Below are positions 38,537 through 48,694 of a stretch of DNA of 64,000 nucleotides, piece by piece (position 1 is the first letter of the stretch; the number at the start of each line of letters is the position of its first letter). Source of the stretch: an uncultured bacterium (GTDB taxonomy: Bacteria; Armatimonadota; Abditibacteriia; Abditibacteriales; Abditibacteriaceae); the NCBI GenBank assembly GCA_963843795.1, contig CAWJLW010000006.1, forward strand, positions 1,302,001 to 1,366,000, read 5' to 3'. The notes under the pieces are model-generated. The model made no database searches. It saw only the letters and a program-made list of their open reading frames with translations, and was not told where the DNA came from. A program made the translations under genes and the position numbers.

Positions 38537-39709
38537 ATGATGAAAACTCGCCGCAATGTCGCCTTGATAGTGGAAACGGAATCCATTTATGGCCGCACTA
38601 TATTGCGCGGTATTGCGCGTTATCAGCGTGTGCGCGGAGAGTGGTCGGTCTTTCTTAGAGGCGGGGAGATCAACGCCTCCCTTCCACCCTGGCTATTGGA
38701 AGGCAGCATCGATGGTGTGATCTGTCGCTCGACCACGCCTGAAATGGTGCGTGTCCTGGCAGAGCGGAATATGGCGACTGTTGATCTAAACGACCGCAAT
38801 GGCTATCTCGGAGTGCCCTCCATTCTATCAGATATGAATCTGATTGGTCGCATGGCGGCGAGGCACCTGCTGCAGCGAGGTTTCCAGAATCTCGCTTTTT
38901 GTGGTTATGAAAATGAACTCTGGTCAGCGCAGCGTTTGCTGGGTGTGCGTGAGGAACTCAACGGGCAAGGACAAATGTGTGGTGTTTTTGAGTCATCGTC
39001 TCATGGGCTGCGCGACCACACATGGCATGACGAACGCGAGCAAATTATGGCCTGGCTACGAACTTTGCCTCGTCCAATAGGTATCATCACCTGTAACGAT
39101 GTGAGAGGGTATCACGTTCTGGACGCTTGCCGAGCTCTTGATATCGCTGTGCCTGAAGATGTGGCTGTAGTCGGCGTTGATAATGGCGAAACTTTTTGCG
39201 ATTTTTGTCATCCTTCGCTTTCCAGCGTGGTGCCCGATACCGAGCGCATTGGTTTCGAAGCCGCTCAGCTTCTCGACGCATTGATGGAAGGTCACGCGTC
39301 GCCGTTCAAGGAACGTTTCATCGCGCCGCGCGAAGTCATGGTGCGCCAATCTTCGGATGTGATGGCCGTTGATGACCCAACGCTCGCGGCGGCGCTGCAT
39401 TACCTTCGCGAAAACGCTTGTTCAGGAATCACCGTCGCCGATGTTTTAGCATACGCGCCGCTTTCGCGCTCGGCTTTAGAACGCGGATTTCGGAATTTTC
39501 TGGGACACTCGCCGCAGGAAGAAATTCGCCGTGTGCGCTTGAAAAAAATTAAACAATTGCTTATTGAAACCAATTGGTCGCTGGCCCAGATCGCCGATGC
39601 CACCGGCTTTGATTCGCCCGAATATATGATGGTGCAGTTCAAGCGTATCGTCGGTCAAACGCCCTCGCAGTGGCGAAAAAGCTACCAGACAGATCCACTG
39701 GATTTTTAA
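38537..39709 (+). CDS. XylR-type (periplasmic-binding fold + AraC HTH) transcriptional regulator
   Basis: 'YGRTILRGIARY', 'VPEDVAVVGVDN' and a C-terminal AraC domain 'SRSALERGF...GQTPSQWR'. Confidence 0.9.
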   Translation: MMKTRRNVALIVETESIYGRTILRGIARYQRVRGEWSVFLRGGEINASLPPWLLEGSIDGVICRSTTPEMVRVLAERNMATVDLNDRNGYLGVPSILSDMNLIGRMAARHLLQRGFQNLAFCGYENELWSAQRLLGVREELNGQGQMCGVFESSSHGLRDHTWHDEREQIMAWLRTLPRPIGIITCNDVRGYHVLDACRALDIAVPEDVAVVGVDNGETFCDFCHPSLSSVVPDTERIGFEAAQLLDALMEGHASPFKERFIAPREVMVRQSSDVMAVDDPTLAAALHYLRENACSGITVADVLAYAPLSRSALERGFRNFLGHSPQEEIRRVRLKKIKQLLIETNWSLAQIADATGFDSPEYMMVQFKRIVGQTPSQWRKSYQTDPLDF

Positions 39710-39914
39710 TACTAAACTGACAAAAATTCACAGTCACACGCCAAAGAAATCAAGTGTTTGTTCTCCTAAACTCCGTTAAAATTAGCATGCTTCTTACGCG
39801 ATTTTGTATCAGACAGCAGAATTGCCGTGCCTAGATAGCCGGGTTTTGAACGACTGTTGGCGGTCATCATCTTTTGTCTGACTTGAATTTGGATACTTTA
39901 CAGGAAACATTATT

Positions 39915-40667
39915 ATGAATTACCTCACAACAAAATTAAGCCGACGCCACGGCTTCACTCTTATCGAACTGTTAGTTGTTATCGCCATCATTGCAATTCT
40001 TGCGGCAATTTTGTTTCCGGTTTTTGCGCGAGCGCGTGAAAACGCCCGTCGGGCGAGTTGTTCGAGCAATTTGAAGCAGATTGGTTTGGGCGTTTTGCAG
40101 TACACACAGGATTACGATGAGGCGTTTCCTCTTTCGGTTGTCAGCATCAATGCACCTGCTGCCAATGTTCCTGTAGGTTGGGCGGATGCGATTCAGCCAT
40201 ATTTGAAAAGTACGCAAATTTATCAGTGCCCCAGCGAAAGCAATCCCGCTAACGCCAATCCGGCCTCTCCTGGTTACACCGATTATTGGATGAACAAAAA
40301 CGCGGGCGATGGTGCACAAACGCTGCCGGTTTTGAATAACCCCACATTAACGATTATGTTCGGCGACAGCCAATCGACAACGGGCGGGCCGCTGGCTAAC
40401 TCGACCGCGCGTTTCCGCTCTAACGGTTGCAACGGTGCAGGCGCTGCCGGTGCAACGCGTTTCGATCCGGTTTGTGGCGGTGCAGGTCTGGCAACCAACC
40501 TGGGCGGCGGCGGCATCATTCACTTGGAAGGTGCCAACTACGGCTTCGCTGATGGACACGTCAAATGGGTCAAGAACACTGCCGCTAATGCGACTAGCAA
40601 AATTTACAATGGCGCGACCACCTTTGATGTTTCTGGCAGCAATCCGACGTTTCGATTGCAAAATTAA
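39915..40667 (+). CDS. DUF1559 prepilin-type N-terminal cleavage/methylation protein (H-X9-DG)
   Basis: '[34 protein letters not shown]' and '[16 protein letters not shown]'. Confidence 0.93.
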   Translation: MNYLTTKLSRRHGFTLIELLVVIAIIAILAAILFPVFARARENARRASCSSNLKQIGLGVLQYTQDYDEAFPLSVVSINAPAANVPVGWADAIQPYLKSTQIYQCPSESNPANANPASPGYTDYWMNKNAGDGAQTLPVLNNPTLTIMFGDSQSTTGGPLANSTARFRSNGCNGAGAAGATRFDPVCGGAGLATNLGGGGIIHLEGANYGFADGHVKWVKNTAANATSKIYNGATTFDVSGSNPTFRLQN

Positions 40668-40671
40668 ATTG

Positions 40672-40707
40672 AGACAAGCATTGGCAAGTACTTGCCAATG
40701 CTTGTCT
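40672..40707. repeat. 36-bp perfect palindrome after DUF1559 gene
   Basis: AGACAAGCATTGGCAAGT|ACTTGCCAATGCTTGTCT; a variant GCAAGAACTTGC lies at 40735. Confidence 0.93.
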
Positions 40708-40804
40708 ACTGCTTTGAACAGGGCCAATACGAAAGCAAGAACTTGCAGGTTCCTGCGCTTGTACAACTTGAAGATATCCAATATCTGAAAGGCAAACTAC
40801 AATT

Positions 40805-42886
40805 ATGAAAGCACTCTTTTCCTCACAAAAACGTCTGACAACTGCAGTTCTTGGTCTGGCAACTGCTGTCGCTTCCACCAGTTGCAGCGCCCAAAACCCA
40901 CAACCGGTTGCGCAGGCTCAATCACCAACGCAAATCAACGCACCGCGCCCGAATGTATTGCTGATTTTAGCCGACGATTTGGGATGGTCGGATTTGAGTT
41001 GCATGGGCGGAGAAATCAATACGCCCAACCTTGATGCGCTTTCTAATACCGGCCTCACTTTTACGCAATTTTACAATTCGGCGCGCTGTAGCCCAACGCG
41101 CGCTTCGCTTTTGACTGGTCTGGCACCACATCAAGCGGGCGTGGGCAATATTGGTCCTGCGCTGAGCCCGCGTTCAGTTACGCTGCCCGAAGTTCTGACG
41201 CCCGCTGGTTATACAACTTCGATGGTTGGTAAGTGGCATCTCACCGAGCGCAATACGCCGATTGATCGCGGTTTCGGCGATTTTTATGGCATGTTGGGTG
41301 GTTTTAATTCCTACTGGCAAGAAGACCCTTATTTCACACGTTTACCCGAAGGCCGTCCGAAAATCGGCTATAAAGCGGGCGAGTTTTATTCGACCAATGC
41401 GTTCGCCGATTATTCGATTGATTTTCTAAAAAAAGCCGAGCAAAACCCTAACAAACCCTGGTTTCAATACTTATCTTTCAATGCGCCGCATTTCCCGCTT
41501 CACGCGCCGGAAAAAGTCATCGAAAAATACGAAAAAGTTTATGCGAATGGGTGGGATAAAATTCGTGAAGAACGTTTGGTACGTCAGAAAAAATTGGGCT
41601 TAATAGCGCAAGATGTCGCGTTGACGCCGCGCAGCATGGTGCCGAAAAACTGGATCAACGAGCGCACCGGTTGGGCCGATAAGCAAAATCCCGCGTGGGA
41701 TTCTTTGCCCCAAGATCGTCAGGCCGATCTCGCGCGTCGCATGGCGGTTTATGCGGCTGCGGTCGATGTGATGGATCAAGCGGTCGGGCGCGTAGTACAA
41801 CATCTCAAAGACACCAAGCAGTTCGATAATACCTTGATTTTCTTTCTTTCGGATAACGGTGCGTGTGCCGAATGGGACCCGTATGGTTTCGATAAGTTGG
41901 ATTCGCCGACCAATATTTTGCACACGGGCGACGATTTAAAGCAGGTTGGTTTGCCCGGTAGCTACATTTCTTACGGCAGCGGTTGGGCCAACGCCAGCAA
42001 TTCCCCTTTGCGCTTGTATAAACATTATGCGCAAGAAGGCGGCATTCGTACGCCGCTCATTGTGCATTGGCCCAAAGGCTTGAAAACCGCGCCGGGCACG
42101 CGCACTTCGCAGCCCGGCGAAGTCGCCGACATCATGCCGACTTTGGTGCAATTATGCGGCGCGACCTATCCCGAAGAACATAACGGTCAAGTGATTCCGC
42201 ATTACGAAGGCACCAGCCTCGTGCCGATTCTGGACGGCGGCAAGCTCGCGCCGCGCGAACTGTTCATGGAGCACGAAGGCAACCGCATGGTGCGCGATGC
42301 CAATTGGAAGTTAGTCGCGCTGCATGACAAGCCTTGGGAATTGTACAATCTGGCCGATGATCCGACTGAAATGCGCGATTTAGCAGCTGATGCAATCAAT
42401 GCTGCTCGCGTCGAGAAAATGAGCGCGCAGTGGGAAACATGGGCCGAGAACAATAACGTCAAGCCCAAGGTTGGCCCAAATCTGGTCAATAAAACGTTGA
42501 AAATTACCTGCGATGTCACGCCGCGTGCAGCCAATTCCAACGGCGTTATCTTGGCCCAAGGCGGCAATCAGCGCGGTGTTTCGCTGCATCTCAAAGATGG
42601 CAAACCGATTTTTAGCGTGCGTCAGAGCGAGAAGTTGTATGCCATTGCAGCGCCTGATGCACCAACGGGCAAGTTTTCGCTCGAAGCGCATCTCGAAAAC
42701 GATGGCGCGATGACGCTCGCGATCAATGGAAAAATTGTCGCGCGCGGCAAAGCGCCCGGTGTTTTCACCGCACAACCGCAAGATGGCCTGAGCATCGGCG
42801 AAGATTTGCTCAGCGCGGTCGGCGATTATAATCCGCCGCATCCACTGAACGCCAAAATCGAAAACGTCAAAATCACCGCCGAATAA
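40805..42886 (+). CDS. Arylsulfatase (S1, CSPTR) with C-terminal beta-sandwich module
   Basis: 'ILADDLG', 'CSPTRASLLTG', 'GKWH' and 'SDNG'; signal peptide. Confidence 0.92.
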   Translation: MKALFSSQKRLTTAVLGLATAVASTSCSAQNPQPVAQAQSPTQINAPRPNVLLILADDLGWSDLSCMGGEINTPNLDALSNTGLTFTQFYNSARCSPTRASLLTGLAPHQAGVGNIGPALSPRSVTLPEVLTPAGYTTSMVGKWHLTERNTPIDRGFGDFYGMLGGFNSYWQEDPYFTRLPEGRPKIGYKAGEFYSTNAFADYSIDFLKKAEQNPNKPWFQYLSFNAPHFPLHAPEKVIEKYEKVYANGWDKIREERLVRQKKLGLIAQDVALTPRSMVPKNWINERTGWADKQNPAWDSLPQDRQADLARRMAVYAAAVDVMDQAVGRVVQHLKDTKQFDNTLIFFLSDNGACAEWDPYGFDKLDSPTNILHTGDDLKQVGLPGSYISYGSGWANASNSPLRLYKHYAQEGGIRTPLIVHWPKGLKTAPGTRTSQPGEVADIMPTLVQLCGATYPEEHNGQVIPHYEGTSLVPILDGGKLAPRELFMEHEGNRMVRDANWKLVALHDKPWELYNLADDPTEMRDLAADAINAARVEKMSAQWETWAENNNVKPKVGPNLVNKTLKITCDVTPRAANSNGVILAQGGNQRGVSLHLKDGKPIFSVRQSEKLYAIAAPDAPTGKFSLEAHLENDGAMTLAINGKIVARGKAPGVFTAQPQDGLSIGEDLLSAVGDYNPPHPLNAKIENVKITAE

Positions 42887-42906
42887 TTTACTCACGCTTT
42901 TCAAAG

Positions 42907-42936
42907 CGCGCTGCAAGTACTTGTGCAAGTACTTGC
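42907..42936. repeat. Tandemly duplicated palindrome
   Basis: CGCGC-TGCAAGTACTTG-TGCAAGTACTTG-C. Confidence 0.9.
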
Positions 42937-42963
42937 GGAGCGCCTGAACGGAAAATCGCCTTT

Positions 42964-44760
42964 ATGAACAAGCTCATTTTTCGCAGTTTGCTCGGTTTGG
43001 GAACAACCGCATTGACCGGTCTCGCCGCGCATTCGGCTCCGGTTGCCAAACCTGCCGCCAAACCGAACATCGTGTTTTTTATCTCTGATGACCATAGCCT
43101 GCGTGATTCGACAGTTTATGGCGCAACGGATGTAAAAACGCCCAATATGCAGCGCTTGAGCGATGCGGGCATGACGTTCAATCGCGCGTTTGTGGCGTCG
43201 CCCAGTTGTGCTCCGTCTCGTGCTGCGATGTTGAGCGGTTTAATGCCCGCGCGTAACGGAGCCGAGCCAAACCATTCCAAGCCGCGTCCCGATATCAAAA
43301 TGCTGCCCGCGTATCTGCACGAACAAGGTTACGAAGTGGTGGCGTTTGGCAAAGTCGGTCATTACGACTTCACCAAAGATTACGGTTTCGACACTGCGCT
43401 TCATACGGGCTTTCACGATGACGAAGCGGTTCCGGCGGCGATTAAATGGCTAAAGGCGCGCACCAGCAAAAAGCCGTTGGCGTTTTTTGTGGGCACTAAT
43501 TGGCCGCACGTTCCGTGGCCCAAAACCGGTGAAGGTTACAATCCCGCGGCGGTGAAGATTTCGCCGCTGCTTATCGATACGCCGCAAACGCGCCAGTGGA
43601 AAACTCGGTATTATGCTGCTATCAAGCGCTTCGATACCGAATTGGGTCAGGTTTACGACGCTTCACGCGCCCAACTGGGCGCGAATACCTTTTTCATTCA
43701 TTCCAGCGATCACGGCGCGCAGTGGCCGTTTGGCAAATGGAATCTTTACGACGAAGGCATTCATGTTCCATTAATTGTGTCGTGGCCGGGCGTTGTCAAA
43801 GCCAAAACGCGCACCAATGCGATGGTGAGTTGGGTCGATATTCTGCCGACTCTGATTCAAGTCGCGGGCGGAACAGCGCCGCCCACGCTCGATGGTCGGT
43901 CTTTCCTGCCGGTTTTGCGCGGCCAGACCAATCAGTCGCGCGAAATGATTTTTACAACGCACAGCGGCGATGGCTCGATGAACGTTTATCCGATGCGCAG
44001 CGTGCGTGACACGCGCTGGAAATACATTCAGAATTTGCATCCCGAGTTTCTCTATACCACGCACATCGATAACAATGCTGGGCCGAATTCTTACTGGTCG
44101 AGTTGGGAAGTCGCGGCCAAAACCGATCCTCTGGCCGCGGCGATTATTCATCGCTACCGCGAACGAAGCGCCGAAGAACTTTACGATTTGGATGCCGACC
44201 CTTACGAATTAAATAACTTGGCAGCGCAACCGGCACAGGCCGCAATCAAAGCGAACTTGCGGCGTGAATTGGATGCGTGGATGGCTGCGCAGGGCGATCA
44301 GCGCAAAGTTTACGGGCCGCCGCGTTTGCTTTCCGATCCCGAAGAACTGCAAACGCCCAACATTGCGGGCAAAGCGCTGACGATTACCTGCGATGTCACG
44401 CCACAAGTACTTGACGGTGTAATTTTGGCGCAAGGCGGCAATCAATACGGTTACGCGTTGCATCTTCGCGATGGCAAACCAATTTTCAGCGTGCGCGAAA
44501 ATCGTACGCTTTACACCGCTATCGCGCCCGAAGCGCCCACGGGCAAGTTTTCGCTTGAAGCACATTTGGAAAAAGATGGCGTGATGACACTGGCGATTAA
44601 CGGAAAAATCGTCGCACGTGGCAAAGCGCTCGGAGCAATTGAAAAGCAACCGGCGGAAGAGCTGAGCATTGGTCAGGATACGCGCGTCGCGGTCGGCGAT
44701 TACACCGCGCCGCATCCGCTGCGGGGAAAAGTCGAAAATGTGAAAGTCACTGTGCAGTGA
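42964..44760 (+). CDS. Sulfatase (S1, CAPSR; N-sulfoglucosamine sulfohydrolase-like) with C-terminal module
   Basis: 'ISDDHS', 'CAPSRAAMLSG', 'PHVPW' and 'SDHG..PFGKWNLYD'. Confidence 0.9.
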   Translation: MNKLIFRSLLGLGTTALTGLAAHSAPVAKPAAKPNIVFFISDDHSLRDSTVYGATDVKTPNMQRLSDAGMTFNRAFVASPSCAPSRAAMLSGLMPARNGAEPNHSKPRPDIKMLPAYLHEQGYEVVAFGKVGHYDFTKDYGFDTALHTGFHDDEAVPAAIKWLKARTSKKPLAFFVGTNWPHVPWPKTGEGYNPAAVKISPLLIDTPQTRQWKTRYYAAIKRFDTELGQVYDASRAQLGANTFFIHSSDHGAQWPFGKWNLYDEGIHVPLIVSWPGVVKAKTRTNAMVSWVDILPTLIQVAGGTAPPTLDGRSFLPVLRGQTNQSREMIFTTHSGDGSMNVYPMRSVRDTRWKYIQNLHPEFLYTTHIDNNAGPNSYWSSWEVAAKTDPLAAAIIHRYRERSAEELYDLDADPYELNNLAAQPAQAAIKANLRRELDAWMAAQGDQRKVYGPPRLLSDPEELQTPNIAGKALTITCDVTPQVLDGVILAQGGNQYGYALHLRDGKPIFSVRENRTLYTAIAPEAPTGKFSLEAHLEKDGVMTLAINGKIVARGKALGAIEKQPAEELSIGQDTRVAVGDYTAPHPLRGKVENVKVTVQ

Positions 44761-44853
44761 AGACGCGCTGCAAGTACTTGCGAACCTTAAAATAGTTGTC
44801 TTTTGCACTAGACGATAAGTGCGAACTATTTATCAAACCACGGAGGAAAAATC

Positions 44854-45621
44854 ATGAAACTGAAAGATATGAGTTGTATCGGAAGCAGCCGTAAGTCTCG
44901 TATAGGTTTTACCTTGATTGAACTATTAGTCGTTATTGCCATTATAGCAATTCTGGCAGCGATTTTGTTCCCGGTTTTTGCACGCGCTCGTGAAAACGCG
45001 CGTCGCGCTTCGTGCCAGAGTAACCTGAAGCAGATTGGTTTGGGCATCATTCAATACACACAGGATTACGACGAACAATTTCCGAAAATTTCGACTCCCG
45101 TGGCCGCAGCACCGCCTTACGGTTGGGCCGATTCGATTCAGCCTTATATCAAAAGCGTCCAAATACTCAAGTGCCCCAGTTTCACCGGTCCCAAAGACGA
45201 TAATCCCAACGCTGTTGGTTTCACTTCTTACTGGATTAACAGCGCGCTTAACACGGATCCTGGCACCGGTGTTGTGGGTCGGTCGCAGGCGGCCCTTAGC
45301 AACGCTTCGCTGACGATTATGAATGGTGATGGCGGCAGTGGCAGCCCACACACGTTTGCACGTTTCAACTGCAACGGTTGTAATGCGGGTGGTAATACAA
45401 CCGGTCTCGCTGGCGGCTGCGGTGCTGGAAACGTTGGGCTGGCTACCAACCTGACGGCAGGCGGACAGCAGCATTTGGAAGGTTTGACAGTTTCATTTGC
45501 CGATGGACACGTCAAGTGGTATAAAGCTTCTTCCACCCAGCAAAGCCCGGTGATTTATACCGCGATTACGCCGTTTTCTGTATCCGGCAACAACCCCACC
45601 TTCAATGTTGTCAATGAATAA
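44854..45621 (+). CDS. Second DUF1559 prepilin-type protein (H-X9-DG)
   Basis: GGAGG RBS, '[34 protein letters not shown]' and '[16 protein letters not shown]'. Confidence 0.93.
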   Translation: MKLKDMSCIGSSRKSRIGFTLIELLVVIAIIAILAAILFPVFARARENARRASCQSNLKQIGLGIIQYTQDYDEQFPKISTPVAAAPPYGWADSIQPYIKSVQILKCPSFTGPKDDNPNAVGFTSYWINSALNTDPGTGVVGRSQAALSNASLTIMNGDGGSGSPHTFARFNCNGCNAGGNTTGLAGGCGAGNVGLATNLTAGGQQHLEGLTVSFADGHVKWYKASSTQQSPVIYTAITPFSVSGNNPTFNVVNE

Positions 45622-45679
45622 CGACTTGGTTTGAACGGCTACCGTTTTACTCTGTGTCAAGTCGTGCAAGGAATAGATT

Positions 45680-47615
45680 ATGAACAACGTTCTTTTTGGC
45701 GGACTTCTCGCCGTAGGAGCCACCGTCGCGTCCGGTTGCGGAGCGCGTTCGGCTCCGCAAGCCGCGCCCGTTGAGAAAACTGCTCAAAAACCCAATATCA
45801 TCTTTGTGCTGGCTGATGATATGGGTTACGCCGATTTGCAGTCTTACGGCGGGCAGGGCGTAAAAACTCCCAACATCAATCGTTTGGCGGCTGAAGGCAT
45901 TCGCTTCACGCAATTCTATGTCAATTCGCCGATTTGTTCGCCCTCGCGCACGGCGTTCACGACGGGCCAATATCCGGCGCGCTGGAAAATCACCTCGTAT
46001 ATTGATGATCGCGGCGCGAATAATCGGCGCGGTATGGCGCAATGGCTCGATTTGCAAGCTCCTACAATTGCGCGTTCGTTGTCGCAAGCCGGTTATCACA
46101 CCGGTCATTTCGGCAAATGGCACATGGGCGGTGGTCGCGATGTCGGCGAAGCTCCGCTTTTGACCGAATACGGATTTGACCAAACGCTGACGCAGTTCGA
46201 AGGTTTGGGCGACCGCGTTTTGCCTGTTGATGAGCGCTCAAGACGGCAAGCCGGAATACAAAATGGGGCTTGGCGTTGCCAGCGAAAAACTCGGACGCGG
46301 AAAAATTAGTTGGATGCCGCGAGCGCACGTCACCAGCGCTTTCGTTTCGGGCGCGCTTGACTTTATCAAGAAAGCCGAAAACGACGACCAGCCGTTTTAT
46401 CTCAATCTGTGGCCCGACGATGTGCATTCGCCCTTCGACCCGCCGCAAGAATTGCGCGGCGATGGCAGCAAGCGCGAACTGTATCGCGGTGTGGTGTCGA
46501 ATATGGATACCGAACTGGGGCCACTTTTCGATGCGATTCGCAACAGTCCCAAATTGCGCGACAACACACTGGTGATTTTCGCCAGCGATAACGGACCGGA
46601 ACGCGGCGCGGGCTTGGCCGGACCGTTGCGCGGTTACAAAGGCGAGCTTTACGAAGGCGGAATTCGCGAGCCGTTCATCGTCTGGGGGCCGGGTATCATT
46701 CCGGCTGACAAAAAGGGAACGGTCAACGACACCGCCGTCGTTTCGGGTGTCGATTTTCTGCCTTCGCTGTTGAATCTGGCGGGCGTGAAGCAGATTCCGC
46801 AAAGTGATGGCAGCGATCTCAGCGCGACTTTCACCGGACACAGCACGCAGGGCCGCACCAAACCGTTGTTCTGGAAGCGTCCGCCCGACCGTCCCGGAAC
46901 GCCGGACGAGCCATTGCCCGATTTTGCGATGCGCGATGGTGATTGGAAATTCCTGATGCAGCAAGATGGCTCGCAGCCGCAGTTGTATAATCTGGCCAAA
47001 GACGTCGGCGAAACCAAAAATTTGGCGGCGCAAGAACCACAAGTTGTGCAGCGCTTGACCAAAGCCATATTGGATTGGAATCAAACCTTGCCGGTCGTGA
47101 AAATTCCTGCCGCGCCCACTTTCACCGACGCGACGCATTTCATGTTGAAGAAAGGCGAAACTCTTGGCCGTTTTCAAGCGCCCTTCGTTGCGAAAAAAGG
47201 TTTCCGAGTCACAGCAAAATTTGACGCCAAAAAGGTCGATGGCAAAACCAGCAGCGGCGTCATCGTCGCGCAAGGTGGCGTGGCCGAAGGTTTCACTTTG
47301 TTTGTTGATAAAGAGGGCAAACTCAATTTTCTGGTGCGCGCCAATAAAGTCGCCGCGACTATCGTTTCGCCCCAAGCCATCAGCGGCGCTCACACCGCAG
47401 TCGCGCGTTTGAGTGCGGATCGTTCGATGACGTTGCTGCTCGACGGCAAAGTCATCGCGCAGGGCAAAACGCCCAAATTGCTGACTTCGCAGCCCTTGGA
47501 CGATCTCAGTGTCGGCTCCGATACAGCGGGTGCCGTTGGCCCGTACGAATCGCCGTTTCCGTTTAGCGGAGACATCGAATCGGTCGTCGTCGATTTGGAA
47601 TCGCCGCTCGATTAA
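45680..47615 (+). pseudogene. Sulfatase (CSPSR) split by a single +1 frameshift near 46225
   Basis: ORF 45680-46309 carries the N-terminal motifs and ORF 46227-47615 carries SDNG and the C-terminal module. Removing one base gives ...DRVLPLMSAQDGKP... It may be a sequencing error. Confidence 0.75.
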
Positions 47616-47628
47616 AATGCCAAGCATC

Positions 47629-47722
47629 GCTGCAAGTACTTGCAGCCGGTGCGAGGGGCTCTTTTCGTTCAAACTTCATCTCAAAGAAGCATTTTGGCCC
47701 TGCAAGTACTTGCAGGGCCAAA
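47629..47722. repeat. Two palindrome copies (18 bp at 47629-47646; 30 bp at 47693-47722)
   Basis: GCTGCAAGTACTTGCAGC and TTTGGCCCTGCAAGTACTTGCAGGGCCAAA. Confidence 0.92.
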
Positions 47723-47757
47723 TTTGTTTCTAAAATCATCCAGCTAAAGGTCAAAAC

Positions 47758-48680
47758 ATGATTCAGCAATTTCTGCTCACTGGCCTCGATGCAACTAGTT
47801 TCGAATTGGCGTCCGTTCTGGCATCCAGTTGCGTGGCCGCTCAAACTGCTCCCAAAACTAACGCCGCGCCGCCCGCGACCAAGCCCCACATCGTGCTGAT
47901 TATGGCCGATGATATGGGTGTTTCCGATATTGGCTGTTACGGTGGCGAAATTGACACGCCCAACATCGACAAGTTGGCGAGCGAAGGTTTGCGCTTCAAG
48001 CATTTCACCAACGCCGCGCTATTGCCCGACGCGCTTGGCTGATGACCGGTTTGTACCCGCATCAGGCGAGCATCGGCGGCATGAACCCCGATTTGGGTTT
48101 GCCCGCTTAACAGGGCGAATTGAACAACCAATGCGTTACGCTGGCCGAAGTTCTGAAATGCGCTGGTTATTCGACGTATATGACCGGAAAATGGTTTTTG
48201 ACGACATGCGATCACAACAATCCCAGAACCGCAACCGGCAAAGTGAACTGGCCGCTGCAGCTTGGCTTCGATCAGTATTTCGGCATTATCGCGGGCGCTG
48301 CGGATTATTTTCATCCCCAAACGCTCACGCTCGATAACGAGCGCTTACCAAAGCCGCAAAATGACCGATGCGTGCAGCCATTACGGTGTGTGCGCTCAGT
48401 GTGTGAAAACGGTAAGCTCTATGAAGCCATCGCGCCTGAAATACCCAAAGCGAAACTCTCGCGCGTAGCGCATCTAGGAAACGATGGTGCACTGACTTTA
48501 ACAGTTGATGGAAAGATCGTGACGCGCGCTAAAGCGCCTTCATTAAAACGCCGCCCGTCGATAAGCCCGGCATTGGGCAAGATATTAAAACGCCCGTTGG
48601 CGAATATAATGCGCCCAATCCGTTCGATAGCAGCGTCGAAAACGTCCACCTTAAAGCGTGGTAAAAGTTTGAACGAGTAA
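47758..48680 (+). pseudogene. Decayed arylsulfatase remnant
   Basis: 'IMADDMGVSDIGCYGGEIDTPNID' is followed by frameshifts around 'CPTR' and an in-frame TAA at ~48108. After 'GKW' a large deletion joins it to a remnant of the C-terminal module ('AHLGNDGALTLTVDGKIV'). Confidence 0.85.
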
Positions 48681-48694
48681 GGTGAATAATAACT

